Counted from the first letter of the stretch, positions 29,024 through 39,082 are shown. The stretch: DNA of 64,000 nt from a bacterium (GCA_040390065.1 JAZJZE010000001.1:262718-326717); one strand, 5' to 3'. The notes: generated by a model not told the origin, from the letters alone. Made by a program: numbers and translations.

Positions 29024-29740
29024 GTGGACGTGCGCGATAAGGTCGCCGTGGTCACGGGGGCCACCCGCGGTATCGGCCGTGGCGTCGCGCTGGCGCTCGC
29101 CGCCCGGGGCGCCCGCCTCGTCCTCGTTGGCCGCGACGAAAGCGCCTTGTCGTCGGTCAAAGGCGATTGCGAGCGCGAGGGTTCGCCCCGCGTCGTCGTT
29201 GTGGCCGCTGACCTTGCCGACCTCAAGGGGCTAGACGCCGTGGTGCTGGCGGCCGTCCGGGAATTCGACGGCTTCGACATCCTCGTCAACAATGCGGGCT
29301 ACGGCATGAAGGCACCTCTTGCGGCGGTGACGGACGAGCAGTTCGAGCGCATGGTGGCCGTGAATCTCCGGGCCCCCTTCATGTTGACCCAGAGCGCCGT
29401 GAAAGTGATGCGGCGCCGTGGCGGCGGCCAGGTCGTCCAAATTGCGTCTGGGCTGGCCTATCGCGGCTTGGCGGATTGGTCGCTGTACGCCGCGACGAAG
29501 TTCGGCCTGCGCGGTTTCACCGAATGCGTGCGCGCCGAAGTGGCCGCCGAGGGCATCAAGGTCGGCATCGTCGCCCCCGGCTACGTCGAGACCGAATTCC
29601 ATGATGCCATCGCGGGCCAGGCCGGTCAGGCCGGCCTCGCCGTTGCGGACGTGGTGCACGCCGTGATGGCGATGATCGAGCAGCCCGCCACGTCGGACCT
29701 GAAGGAAATCATCCTGCGCCACAAGGGCAGCCCCAACTGA
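29024..29740 (+). CDS. SDR family oxidoreductase
   Basis: TGATRGIG, NNAG, YAATK. Confidence 0.92.
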   Translation: MDVRDKVAVVTGATRGIGRGVALALAARGARLVLVGRDESALSSVKGDCEREGSPRVVVVAADLADLKGLDAVVLAAVREFDGFDILVNNAGYGMKAPLAAVTDEQFERMVAVNLRAPFMLTQSAVKVMRRRGGGQVVQIASGLAYRGLADWSLYAATKFGLRGFTECVRAEVAAEGIKVGIVAPGYVETEFHDAIAGQAGQAGLAVADVVHAVMAMIEQPATSDLKEIILRHKGSPN

Positions 29741-29805
29741 GGTCGCCCGTCCATCCGCTGCCTCCCCCTTGCCGCTTATATCGCGGACCTTCGTCGCCAG
29801 ATTCG

Positions 29806-31077
29806 ATGCCCGTCACGGCCGTCATCGGCACCCAGTGGGGCGACGAAGGGAAGGGCAAGGTCGTCGATTACCTCGCCGAGCGCGCCGACTGGGTCGTGCG
29901 CTTCCAGGGCGGCAACAACGCGGGCCACACCATCGTCGTCGCCGGCGAGACGTACAAGCTGCACATCCTTCCCAGCGGCGTCGTCTCCGGCAAGCCCAGC
30001 ATCATCGGCAACGGCTGCGTCGTCGATCCGCTCGTCCTCGTGCAGGAAGTCGAGGCCTTGCGCAAGCGCAACATCACGCCCACCTTGCACCTGTCCGACC
30101 GCGCGCACCTCATCCTGCCGTACCACGCCGCCATCGACGTCGCCGAGGAGGCCGCCAAGGCGGGCAAGAAGGTCGGCACGACCGGCCGTGGCATCGGACC
30201 CTGTTACTCCGACAAGGCCGCCCGCAGCGGCATCCTTGCTGGCGACCTCGTGAAGCCAGCCCGGCTCCTGGAGCGACTCCGACGGAACGTCGCCGCCAAG
30301 AACGCGGCCCTGGCCCAACTTGGCTCGAAGGAGTCCTTCGACGCAGAGAAGATCGCGGCCGAGCTTGCCGCGGCCACGAAGGTCCTCGGCCCTTACATCA
30401 AGGACACCGTCAAGCTCCTGCAGGACGCCGTCGGCAACGACGAGACCGTGCTGCTCGAGGGGGCGCAGGGCACGATGCTCGACATCGACCACGGCACCTA
30501 CCCATACGTGACCTCGTCGGCGACGGCATCGGGCGGCATGTGCAGCGGCTGCGGACTGGCCCCGCGCGACATCGGTGACGTGGTCGGCGTCGTGAAGGCG
30601 TACACGACGCGCGTCGGCTCGGGGCCGTTCCCCACCGAGCTCAGCCTCGATGCCGGCGTCGGCAAGCACCTCAGCGAAGTCGGCCACGAAGTCGGCACCA
30701 CGACGGGGCGAAAGCGCCGCTGCGGCTGGCTGGACCTCGTCGTCGTCAACCACTCCGTCCGCCTCTGCGGCGTGAACCAACTCGCCATCACCAAGCTCGA
30801 CGTCCTCTCCGGCGTCGGCCCCGTCCAGGTCTGCGTGGCGTACAAGTTGCCGGATGGGACGAAGGTCACGCACATCCCCAGCGACCCCGACGACTTCGCA
30901 GCAGCCAAACCGGTCTACCAGGAATTTGCCGGCTGGACGGACCTTGGCGATGGCACGTGGGAAGGCCTGCCGACGGAGGCTCGCACGTTCCTGCAGTTCC
31001 TGCGCGAGAAGACGGGCGCCCAGATCAAGCTCGTCGGCGTCGGGCCGGGTCGTGAAGAGACCGTCGTCAGGCAGTAG
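29806..31077 (+). CDS. purA: Adenylosuccinate synthetase
   Basis: QWGDEGKGK, GGNNAGHT, EGAQG, GTTTGRKRRCGWLD. Confidence 0.97.
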   Translation: MPVTAVIGTQWGDEGKGKVVDYLAERADWVVRFQGGNNAGHTIVVAGETYKLHILPSGVVSGKPSIIGNGCVVDPLVLVQEVEALRKRNITPTLHLSDRAHLILPYHAAIDVAEEAAKAGKKVGTTGRGIGPCYSDKAARSGILAGDLVKPARLLERLRRNVAAKNAALAQLGSKESFDAEKIAAELAAATKVLGPYIKDTVKLLQDAVGNDETVLLEGAQGTMLDIDHGTYPYVTSSATASGGMCSGCGLAPRDIGDVVGVVKAYTTRVGSGPFPTELSLDAGVGKHLSEVGHEVGTTTGRKRRCGWLDLVVVNHSVRLCGVNQLAITKLDVLSGVGPVQVCVAYKLPDGTKVTHIPSDPDDFAAAKPVYQEFAGWTDLGDGTWEGLPTEARTFLQFLREKTGAQIKLVGVGPGREETVVRQ

Positions 31078-31114
31078 CCAACGTTCATCCGGCCTGGCCA
31101 CCCTCGTCACCGCA

Positions 31115-31774
31115 ATGCAGCCCACGCCGCGCGGAGTTCCATCGCAAGGGTACCCCACGTCGGCGCGCCAGCCGTATTCCGTTCCCATGCGTTCGACGCA
31201 GGGCTTGGCCATCGCCTTGTACGTCCTCGTCGGAGTCCAAGTCTCGTGCGACCTGATTGGCACGGCGACGCCACCCAACATCGTTGTCACGTCCACCAGC
31301 GTCAACGTCACGTGGGGAGGCATTGCGGCAATCGGCATCCTGGCCGGCGTTGCGGCAGGCATCGTGGCCCTCGTGTGGATCTACCGCACTATGTGCAACG
31401 TCCATGCCAAAGGAGTCGCAACCAAGTATTCCCCAGGCTGGGCCGTCGGCTGCTGGTTCATCCCCCTCGCCAACCTCATCCTGCCGTATTTCCCGATGCG
31501 CGAAGCTTGGGCCAAGAGCCGCTGCGGCCCCACAGGGCTTCTTGCGGGCTGGTGGGCCGCGTGGGTGGTCCACGCCGGCGCTCTCTTGGGATTGGTGCTT
31601 TGGGGTGTGTCGGCCGGCTGGTCGTTGCGCTCGAGCGTCCCGCCCGGGCACTCCATGGACGCGCCGCTGCCCGGCGATTTCCAGGCCGTGGGCGTGGCCG
31701 TCTTGCACGTCGCAGCCGGCGCCCTCTTCGCGGCGGTCGTCGCCCGGTTGACTCGCAGCCAGGCCACTCGGTAA
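31115..31774 (+). CDS. DUF4328-like membrane protein
   Basis: WIYR..N..SPGWAVGCWFIPLANLILPY. Confidence 0.7.
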   Translation: MQPTPRGVPSQGYPTSARQPYSVPMRSTQGLAIALYVLVGVQVSCDLIGTATPPNIVVTSTSVNVTWGGIAAIGILAGVAAGIVALVWIYRTMCNVHAKGVATKYSPGWAVGCWFIPLANLILPYFPMREAWAKSRCGPTGLLAGWWAAWVVHAGALLGLVLWGVSAGWSLRSSVPPGHSMDAPLPGDFQAVGVAVLHVAAGALFAAVVARLTRSQATR

Positions 31775-31838
31775 GGCGGCGGCAGTCCCGTCGTTCGACG
31801 GCCGAAAAGACTTCCCTCGTCCCCGGCTCTCTGCATCC

Positions 31839-32669
31839 ATGGTCCGCACCTTCATCGTGGACGCCTTTGCCGACAAACCGTTTTCCGGCAACCCCGCCGC
31901 CGTGTGTCTGCTCGACGGGCCCGCCCCCGAGGAGTGGATGAAAGCCGTCGCCCGCGAAATGAACCTCAGCGAGACGGCATTCGTGCACCGCGAAGCCGGC
32001 ACCGGCTCGGCGCCGGTCTTCCGGCTGCGCTGGTTCACGCCGGCCAAGGAGGTGGTCCTCTGCGGCCACGCAACGCTTGCGTCCGCCCACGTCCTCTGGG
32101 AGAGTGGGACGCTCGCGCCGACGCAGGCCGCCGAGTTCGAGACGCTGAGCGGGCGCCTCACGTGCAAGCGCGAGGGCGACGGCATCGCCATGGACTTCCC
32201 AGCCAACCCGGGGCAGACCGCTCCGGCGCCGGATGGATTGTGGAAGGCGCTCGGCATCAAGCCCGCGCCGGTGCTGCGCAACCACCTGGACTACCTCATG
32301 GTCGTGACCGACGAGGCGGCCGTGCGCTCGATCAAGCCCGATTTCGCAGCGCTTGCCAAGTTGAGCGATGTGCACGGCTTCATCCTCACGGCCCCGGCCG
32401 GCGACGGCGTCCACGACTACGTCTGCCGCTACTTCGTGCCGGCCTTCGGCATCGACGAGGACCCCGTCACAGGATCCATCCAAACCATGCTGGGCCCCTA
32501 CTGGTGCGAGCGCCTGGGCAAGAAGCAGGTCAGGTCGTGGCAAGCCTCGGCGCGTGGCGGTGGCATGACCGTGCGCCCCGCGGGCAAACGCGTCATGCTG
32601 ATTGGTCGTGCGGTCACGACCCTTCGCGCGGACCTGTTGGCCGGCCCGAGCATTTCCGTTGCCGCATAG
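31839..32669 (+). CDS. PhzF family isomerase
   Basis: FSGNPAAV, NLSETAF, LCGHATL, EDPVTGS. Confidence 0.92.
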   Translation: MVRTFIVDAFADKPFSGNPAAVCLLDGPAPEEWMKAVAREMNLSETAFVHREAGTGSAPVFRLRWFTPAKEVVLCGHATLASAHVLWESGTLAPTQAAEFETLSGRLTCKREGDGIAMDFPANPGQTAPAPDGLWKALGIKPAPVLRNHLDYLMVVTDEAAVRSIKPDFAALAKLSDVHGFILTAPAGDGVHDYVCRYFVPAFGIDEDPVTGSIQTMLGPYWCERLGKKQVRSWQASARGGGMTVRPAGKRVMLIGRAVTTLRADLLAGPSISVAA

Positions 32670-32772
32670 CCCGACCCGTACGGCGTTCTCCCCGCGGCCC
32701 ACGCCTGCGGCCGCCTGCGTCGCGGCGGCGCCACCGACTTGCGCTTATCCGGCGGAACGTGGTCCATGCCCT

Positions 32773-33051
32773 GTGGACAACCGCTCGGCTCGGGCCCAAT
32801 GGTGGAGTCGGAACGGGGAGCAAGCCTCGCGGCTGGAAGATGGGCCCATCTGTCCCAATTGCTCGAGCCGCCGGACCGTCCGCAAAGGAATGGAGTGGTG
32901 GGAATGGGTGCTTGCCTGCACGGGCATTGGCCTGTTCGTATGGGCCGCACTTGTTCTGTTCCGGCGTCGGCCGGGCCACTGCTTCCCATGCGGTGTCGAT
33001 TTCCGCGCGGCAGGCACCGGGAAATCGGGATCGAAGCGATTGAATGGATAG
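32773..33051 (+). CDS. Small zinc-ribbon membrane protein (CxxC-hydrophobic-HCxxC)
   Basis: CPNC, hydrophobic WWEWVLACTGIGLFVWAALVLF, HCFPC; start uncertain. Confidence 0.45.
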   Translation: MDNRSARAQWWSRNGEQASRLEDGPICPNCSSRRTVRKGMEWWEWVLACTGIGLFVWAALVLFRRRPGHCFPCGVDFRAAGTGKSGSKRLNG

Positions 33052-33177
33052 GCGGCGCCAGAGCCTCATCGCCTCTTGGGCGCCCGTCTTGCCGCCCTCC
33101 AGCGTGAGGACTGGAGAATCGGCCTGGTACCATGAAAACCAGAGAGTCCGTATTCCTCGAATTCGCAAAATCCGTGG

Positions 33178-33969
33178 TCAGCCGGGCGGCGCCAACGTGT
33201 ACTCGATCCTCTGCGTCCCACTTCCCTTCGAGGTGCGGCTCAAGATCTGCACGTCGCCGATCTCCTTCGTGTTGAGGACGTGCGTGCCGGCACAGGGGCA
33301 CAAGTCGATGTCGCGGCCGATGCGGATGACGCGCAACTCGTTCACCGACTTCGGCAGCAGGTCCATGTTCGTGCGGTCCGGCGGCTGCTCGGCCGTGACC
33401 TCGTCGCGTGTCATCGTCGCGGCCGTGATGGGCACCGCGCTGTGGATGACGTCGTTTGCTGCCGCCTCGAGGTCCTTGAGCATCTCGTTCGTGAAATTGA
33501 TTGGGTTGAAGTCGATGCGGCTGCGGTCGGCGTGAATCTGGTTGCCCACCGTGCGGGGGTGGACTCCGTTGGAGCCGAACATCTCGTAGGCCAGCCCCGA
33601 GACAAGGTGCTGCGCCGTGTGCATGCGCATGTGGGCGTAGCGCCGGTCCCAATCGATGGCGCCGCGCACGACGTCGCCGGGGCGCAGTGCATGGCCAGGC
33701 GCCGTGTGCTTCACGGGTCCGCGCTTGGTCACCTCGACGACGCGGCCTTCACGGCCGTCGGCCGTCGACAGGGTGCCCGTGTCCCACTCCTGCCCGCCGC
33801 CGAGAGGATAGAAGAGGGTCTGGTCCAAGACCACGTAGTCCGGCTTCGCCTCGATGACGCGCGCCTCGAACGTCCGGTCGTAGCAACGCTCCAGGGCATC
33901 CATGTAGAGCATGCGGCTCGTAAGGTCCGGCCGGGGGGCAGCCGGGGGGGCGGGCGCGTCCACGTCCAA
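33178..33969 (-). CDS. alaX: Alanyl-tRNA editing protein AlaX
   Basis: LDQTLFYPLGGGQ..DTG, MRMHTAQH, CPCAGTHV. Confidence 0.92.
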   Translation of the reverse strand: MDVDAPAPPAAPRPDLTSRMLYMDALERCYDRTFEARVIEAKPDYVVLDQTLFYPLGGGQEWDTGTLSTADGREGRVVEVTKRGPVKHTAPGHALRPGDVVRGAIDWDRRYAHMRMHTAQHLVSGLAYEMFGSNGVHPRTVGNQIHADRSRIDFNPINFTNEMLKDLEAAANDVIHSAVPITAATMTRDEVTAEQPPDRTNMDLLPKSVNELRVIRIGRDIDLCPCAGTHVLNTKEIGDVQILSRTSKGSGTQRIEYTLAPPG

Positions 33970-34051
33970 TCATGCAGCCGCGCCCGGGAAAGCGTTTCCC
34001 CTGCGGGTCGCGGGGCCGCAGGCCTTTCAAGCACGACTCCTTGGGGCTGGC

Positions 34052-34954
34052 GTGGCGTTGCGGTCCGCGGCCCTCATCCTGGCATTGCTGCTCGCGCCCG
34101 CCCTGGCGGCCAGCCAGGTCCCCGCCGCGCCGTCGTCGGCCAGCGTCGACGTGCGGGTCCAGGATGCGAAAGTGACCCTGAGCCTCGATGCGCCCGCCGT
34201 GACGGATGTGTTCGTCACCAACACCGCCGCACCCAACCCGGCACTCCCCCAACTCGACCAGCCGCGGCGCGTGACTCTCGAGATCACCGGCGTCCCAGAG
34301 GGTTGGACGGCCTCGGTGCAGCCCAACAGCTTCGACCTGGGGCCGGGCAAGACGGGCAACGCCGTTCTGACGGTTTCCGTCTCGGCGGCGGCGGATGCCA
34401 AGGTCGCCAACCTCAACGTGACGGCCAAACTGTACCCGCTCGGCGTGTCCGCCATCCCTGGAGCAGGACCCACCGTCGACCCGGAAGCCCGTGACGCGGC
34501 GGGCGTCACCGCGACGCGCCAGGACTCGCTTGGCCGGACGATCACGGAGCAGGTCGGGCCCTACATCTTCCTCCTCCTCGGCGCGTTCCTTCTTGCGCTT
34601 GTCGCCGTGGTCGTGCTGCTGGTCCTGCGCGGCCGCTCGGCGGTCCGACTGGCCTGTGACGACGGCGAACTGGTCGCGGCCGCGGGCGGCAAGGCCGAGT
34701 TCGTCATCTCGGTCACGAACATCAGCGGCCGCGACGACGGCGTCGCACTGCGCGTCACCGCCCCGGAGGGCTGGTCGGCTTCGTTCTCGCAGGGCCAGTT
34801 CGAGCTTCCAGCCAACTCCGAAGGCAAAGTCACGTTGACAGTCAAGGTCCCGAAGACGGCGCAGTCCGGCGAACGCGTCGAGGTCGCCGTCGTCGTCGTC
34901 AGCGCCTTGCCGCGAAAGTCGTCCGGTATCCGCTTGACCGTCCGCGTCAAGTGA
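34052..34954 (+). CDS. Single-pass membrane protein with Ig-like (COG1470/NEW3-like) domains on both sides of the TM
   Basis: Signal peptide; VPEGWTASV and APEGWSASF repeats flanking a TM. Confidence 0.7.
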   Translation: MALRSAALILALLLAPALAASQVPAAPSSASVDVRVQDAKVTLSLDAPAVTDVFVTNTAAPNPALPQLDQPRRVTLEITGVPEGWTASVQPNSFDLGPGKTGNAVLTVSVSAAADAKVANLNVTAKLYPLGVSAIPGAGPTVDPEARDAAGVTATRQDSLGRTITEQVGPYIFLLLGAFLLALVAVVVLLVLRGRSAVRLACDDGELVAAAGGKAEFVISVTNISGRDDGVALRVTAPEGWSASFSQGQFELPANSEGKVTLTVKVPKTAQSGERVEVAVVVVSALPRKSSGIRLTVRVK

Positions 34955-35570
34955 TGGGCCGCTCGAGGACCAGGCGCACGGATTCCCGTGTCACGAGGCG
35001 CCCGCGGTGGCCCGGGTGGTGCCTGTCCACGGCGGCTCCTGCCGCCACGAATCCGACCGCCCCGAAGGCGGCCGCGAGTTCGTCGGGGCCGGCAAAGTGC
35101 GTGGTGCGGCCGTCCTGCAGTCCCCGCACGCCCGATTCTCCGTCCACGGGCGAACCTTGGCTTGCCCGCAAGTCCTGCGGCGTGAGGCGCTCGACCACGA
35201 GGTGGCCGCCGGGGCGCAGGACGCGCCAACACTCCTCGGCGGCGAGGCGCCGGCCGGCGGCAAGCAGATGGCCCGTGCAGTGGATGTCCAGCACGGCGGA
35301 GAAGGCGGCGTCTGCAAACGGCAGCGCCGCTGCATCGCCGAGCACGCACGTCGCGGCGAGCCGGCGCACCGCGTGCCATGACACGTCGAGGCCGATGACG
35401 TCGACGCCCGCGGCGGCGAGCGGCTTCAGGAGCTTGCCGTTGCCGCAGCCCAGTTCGAGCACGGGGCCGTCGCCAAGCAGCGGCAGCAGCTCCGCGACTG
35501 GGCGTTCGCCGCGCCACGGCGCCTCGTGGTGCCGGTAGAACCGGTCCCATGGGTTGGCCGCTCGCTGCAC
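34947..35570 (-). CDS. Class I SAM-dependent methyltransferase
   Basis: VLELGCGNG, GLDVS, LPFADAAF, RVLRPGG. Confidence 0.85.
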   Translation of the reverse strand: MQRAANPWDRFYRHHEAPWRGERPVAELLPLLGDGPVLELGCGNGKLLKPLAAAGVDVIGLDVSWHAVRRLAATCVLGDAAALPFADAAFSAVLDIHCTGHLLAAGRRLAAEECWRVLRPGGHLVVERLTPQDLRASQGSPVDGESGVRGLQDGRTTHFAGPDELAAAFGAVGFVAAGAAVDRHHPGHRGRLVTRESVRLVLERPIT

Positions 35571-35651
35571 ATGGCGGGCACGTCGACTGGCGGTTTGGTC
35601 CTTCGCCTGCGCAGCCAAAGCCCTCAAGACGCGCCGCCCGGTGGAATGCAC

Positions 35652-36002
35652 GTGGCACGCCGGCGCAACAAGGGCGAGGAGCGCGACGTGGCCGGGGGGC
35701 GCATCGCCAAACTCCTCGAACTCGCGCGCGACGAGGCCCTGGCGGGGCGATTGGAGCGTTCCGACCGGTACGGCTCGCTCTGCCTTCGCATCGCCGAGAA
35801 GTACCAGACCGGACTCGACGCGCGGGCCAAGGCGCAACTGTGCCGGAAATGCGGCGCGTTCCGCGTGGCGGGGAAGACGAGCCGCACCCGCATCACATCG
35901 GGCCGCGTCGCGACGACGTGCCTGCGCTGCGGCAACGTGAGCCGTCGCCTCCTGCACGGGCGAACGCCTTCTTCAACGGGCAAGGCTTCCGCGACCCCAT
36001 GA
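35652..36002 (+). CDS. rnp4: Ribonuclease P protein subunit Rpp21
   Basis: RIAKL, RY, CRKC..CLRCG; conserved position before yhbY-rps19e. Confidence 0.85.
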   Translation: MARRRNKGEERDVAGGRIAKLLELARDEALAGRLERSDRYGSLCLRIAEKYQTGLDARAKAQLCRKCGAFRVAGKTSRTRITSGRVATTCLRCGNVSRRLLHGRTPSSTGKASATP

Positions 36003-36274
36003 ACCGACTGAACCCCGCACAGCTGCGGGCAAAGCGCTCGGCCGCCAACGCCATCACGGTCACGATGCATGTCGGCAAGAACGGCGTCAACGATGCCGCG
36101 ATCCTCGAACTGAAGGCCCAACTGCACAAGCACAAGCTCGTGAAGGTCCGCCTCCTTCCGTCTGCGACCGATGGCGGCGTTGGCAACGAGGCCCAGGCCG
36201 ACGCGCTTGCCGCCGGCGCCGATGCGCAACTCGTCGAGATCCGCGGCCACACCGCCGTCTTCTGGCGAGCCTAA
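35999..36274 (+). CDS. YhbY/CRM RNA-binding protein
   Basis: HVGKNGV, HKLVKV, IRGHTAVFWR. Confidence 0.9.
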   Translation: MNRLNPAQLRAKRSAANAITVTMHVGKNGVNDAAILELKAQLHKHKLVKVRLLPSATDGGVGNEAQADALAAGADAQLVEIRGHTAVFWRA

Positions 36275-36298
36275 GAAGTCGAACGCGTTTGCAGCGCC

Positions 36299-37312
36299 GT
36301 GCCTGAGGAGCCCGCCGACGGGGGGATGCCGTCCACGGACACGCCGGTTCCACCGCCGTCGCCGATCCCCGACCCGGAGCCCGCGCCGCCTGCCAAGGCA
36401 CGCCGCAAGATGCGCCGCCGCACGAAGTGGATCATCGCGGTGGGCATCGTGCTCATCCTCGTCCTCTCCGGCGTCATGGCGGTTTCTTGGGTCGCGGGCC
36501 AATCCCTTCTGCACCCGAAGCGCGACACCAACACGTCGACTCCCTCCGCGCTCAACCTGACGTGGCAGTGGGCCAACTTCACGACGGCGGACGACGTGCC
36601 CATCGTCGGTTGGTGGATTCCGGCCGACAACGCGACGGGCACCGTCATCTTCCTGCACGGCTACTCCGACGCCAAGGCCCAGGGCCTGCCCATGTTCCCG
36701 TTCCTGCACAACGCCTCCGTGAACGTCATGGCGTTCGACTTCCGCGCGCACGGCCAATCCGGCGGCGCGTACACGACGGCGGGTCTGCTGGAAACGCGCG
36801 AGGTCGATGCCGCCATCCTGTGGGTGGAGAACCGCACGCATCGCGACGAGCGCAACATCGTCCTGCTCGGCTGGAGCATGGGCGGCGCTGCAGCCATCAA
36901 CGCGGCGGCGCACTACCCCGACCTCGGAGGCGTCATCGCGGACGCATCCTTCAGCCGCCTGCACAACATCGTGGACACGAGCATCGGGAAGTTCACGGGC
37001 CTGCCGCGCTGGCCGTTCGGTCCCCTTGCCGTGAAGTTCGCAAGCATGAGCATCGGCATCGACATCAACGACAACGCCCCCGTCGAGGCCATCGCGTCGT
37101 TCCACGGTCCCCTTCTCCTCATCCAGGGCCTCGCCGACACCACGGTCGTGCCCAGCAACGTCGACGAGATCGCCGCCGCGGCGCCGCAGGCCGTCGTGTG
37201 GAAAGTCCCCGGCGCTGGGCACACGGAGTGCTACAAGACGGACCCCCACGGGTACGAGTTGCATGTCGTGGCGTTCCTCGCCGCACATCTGTCCAACCCA
37301 CCGCCTTCCTGA
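36299..37312 (+). CDS. Membrane-anchored alpha/beta hydrolase
   Basis: FLHGY, DFRAHGQSGG, GWSMG, IQGLADTTV, GAGH. Confidence 0.9.
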   Translation: MPEEPADGGMPSTDTPVPPPSPIPDPEPAPPAKARRKMRRRTKWIIAVGIVLILVLSGVMAVSWVAGQSLLHPKRDTNTSTPSALNLTWQWANFTTADDVPIVGWWIPADNATGTVIFLHGYSDAKAQGLPMFPFLHNASVNVMAFDFRAHGQSGGAYTTAGLLETREVDAAILWVENRTHRDERNIVLLGWSMGGAAAINAAAHYPDLGGVIADASFSRLHNIVDTSIGKFTGLPRWPFGPLAVKFASMSIGIDINDNAPVEAIASFHGPLLLIQGLADTTVVPSNVDEIAAAAPQAVVWKVPGAGHTECYKTDPHGYELHVVAFLAAHLSNPPPS

Positions 37313-37380
37313 TTTGGCCCGGCACAATGGGTATATACCCCCCCTTCTTCGGCCGAGTTGCAACCCTGGGGAAAACTGGT

Positions 37381-37833
37381 ATGACCACCGTATATGACGT
37401 CCCTCCCACCGCCTTGATCGAAGAAGCCGCGAAGCGGCTCATGGAAATCAAGACCGTGGCGTCGCCGGAGTGGGCCGAGTTCGTCAAGACCGGCATCCAC
37501 ACGGAGAAGCCGCCGGTGCAGGACGACTGGTGGCACACCCGGGTCGCCGCGGTGCTCCGCAAGGTGTACCTCGAAGGCCCCATCGGCACCGAGAAGCTGC
37601 GCGCCGCGTTCGGCGGGTTCCGCGACCGCGGCAACCGCCCGAACAAGGCGGCAAAGGGTTCCGGGTCCATCGCCCGCGAAGCCCTGCAGCAACTCGAGGC
37701 CGCGGGACTGGTCCAGACGGTCCAGGCCCAGGGTCGCATCGTGACCGCCCAGGGTCGCGCCCTGATGGACAACGCCGCGCACGCCGTGCGGGGCCGCATC
37801 CAGAAGGACATCCCGCTCCTTGCCAAGTATTAG
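37381..37833 (+). CDS. rps19e: 30S ribosomal protein S19e
   Basis: MTTVYDVP, PEWAEFVKTG, WWHTRVAAVLRK, GSGSIAR. Confidence 0.97.
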   Translation: MTTVYDVPPTALIEEAAKRLMEIKTVASPEWAEFVKTGIHTEKPPVQDDWWHTRVAAVLRKVYLEGPIGTEKLRAAFGGFRDRGNRPNKAAKGSGSIAREALQQLEAAGLVQTVQAQGRIVTAQGRALMDNAAHAVRGRIQKDIPLLAKY

Positions 37834-37841
37834 GTGAGGAC

Positions 37842-38195
37842 GTGGACGACCTGGAGGAGTTGCGCCGGCGCAGGCTGGCGGAACTCCAGGCCAGGCAGAG
37901 GGCAGCGGCATCCGGCCAGGACCCGGACGCCGAAGCCCAGGCGGAGGCCCGCGCGGCCGCCGCCGAGGAAGCCGCCATCGAGCGGCTTCTGCAACAGGTC
38001 CTGGAACCCGAGGCGCGTGAGCGCCTCACCCGGATCCGCATGAGCCGGCCCGATCTGGCCGTCTCCGTCGCCAGGCAACTGGCGACGCTGGCCCAGCAAG
38101 GTCGGCTCGCGCGGCGCATCACCGACGCGGAGCTTCGAACGCTCCTCGAGCAGGCGATGCCCAAGGACCGGGACATCAAGATCACCCGAAAATAG
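37842..38195 (+). CDS. PDCD5-family DNA-binding protein
   Basis: LEELRRRRLAELQ, LEPEARERL, ITDAELR. Confidence 0.9.
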   Translation: MDDLEELRRRRLAELQARQRAAASGQDPDAEAQAEARAAAAEEAAIERLLQQVLEPEARERLTRIRMSRPDLAVSVARQLATLAQQGRLARRITDAELRTLLEQAMPKDRDIKITRK

Positions 38196-38214
38196 GCCGG
38201 GGAGCAACACGACT

Positions 38215-38370
38215 ATGTCCGCAAAGAAGCCGCTCGCAAAGAAACTGCGCCTGATGCGCGCCGAGAAGAGCAACCGCCGCGTGCCGGCCTGGATCATGAT
38301 GCGGACGAGCCAGCGCTTCACCAACCACCCCAAGCGCCGCAACTGGCGCAAGAACCACCTCAAGATGTGA
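38215..38370 (+). CDS. rpl39e: 50S ribosomal protein L39e
   Basis: Manual translation MSAKKPLAKKLRL..NRRVPAWIMMRT..HPKRRNWR (51 aa). Confidence 0.95.
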   Translation: MSAKKPLAKKLRLMRAEKSNRRVPAWIMMRTSQRFTNHPKRRNWRKNHLKM

Positions 38371-38376
38371 TGCTGC

Positions 38377-39066
38377 ATGGCTGACAAGACCACGACCGAA
38401 CTCGAGCGCATCTACACGATCCCGCTTCGCGACACCAAGGACCTCGTGCGCTCGCGCCGCGCCGACCTGGCCGTCCGCGACGTCAAGCGTTTCCTCAGCC
38501 GCCACATGAAGTCCGACGACATCTGGCTGGACAACGAAGTGAACGAGCTCATCTGGGCCCGCGGCAAGTACACCATCCCGAGCCGGGTCCGCGTCCGCGC
38601 CACTCGCTTCAGCGACGGTGTCGTCGAAGTCACCCTCCCCGAAGCCGCCCACGCCGGGTCGATCCGCAGTGAGATCGCCGAGCGCCGGGAGAAGGCCGCC
38701 GAAGCCCCCATCCTGAAGGGCCCCGCCGCCGAGGAGAAGGACGACGAGGACGACCACGAGCACGGCACCCCGCTCACGGACATCGAGGGCATCGGCGCCG
38801 CGACCGCGGAGAAGCTCGGCAAGGCCGACATCGAGTCCATCGAGGACCTCGCTGCGGCCGACGCCGACGCCGTCGCCAAGAAGACCGGTTTCCCGCTCGA
38901 CAAGGTCACGCCCTGGGTCGAGGCGGCCAAGAAGCTGGCCCCCGCCAAGGAAGAGCCGAAGGCCGCCGAGGCCACGCCGGCCGAGACGAAGACGGAGCCG
39001 GCCGACAAGCCGGCCGCGGCCGCCAAGAAGGCCGAGGGCGACAAGCCCGCCAAGAAGTCCGAGTAG
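38377..39066 (+). CDS. rpl31e: 50S ribosomal protein L31e with C-terminal HhH domain and K/A/E tail
   Basis: ERIYTIPLR, RHMK, NELIWARG..PSRVRVR; then LTDIEGIGAATAEKL. Confidence 0.92.
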   Translation: MADKTTTELERIYTIPLRDTKDLVRSRRADLAVRDVKRFLSRHMKSDDIWLDNEVNELIWARGKYTIPSRVRVRATRFSDGVVEVTLPEAAHAGSIRSEIAERREKAAEAPILKGPAAEEKDDEDDHEHGTPLTDIEGIGAATAEKLGKADIESIEDLAAADADAVAKKTGFPLDKVTPWVEAAKKLAPAKEEPKAAEATPAETKTEPADKPAAAAKKAEGDKPAKKSE

Positions 39067-39082
39067 GGCGGTTCGACGGGAC

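Noticed and set aside
33146-33176. Possible third 9-nt periodic arm (ATTCGCAAAATCCGTGG)
   Set aside because: No clear complementary partner arm; too degenerate to call.
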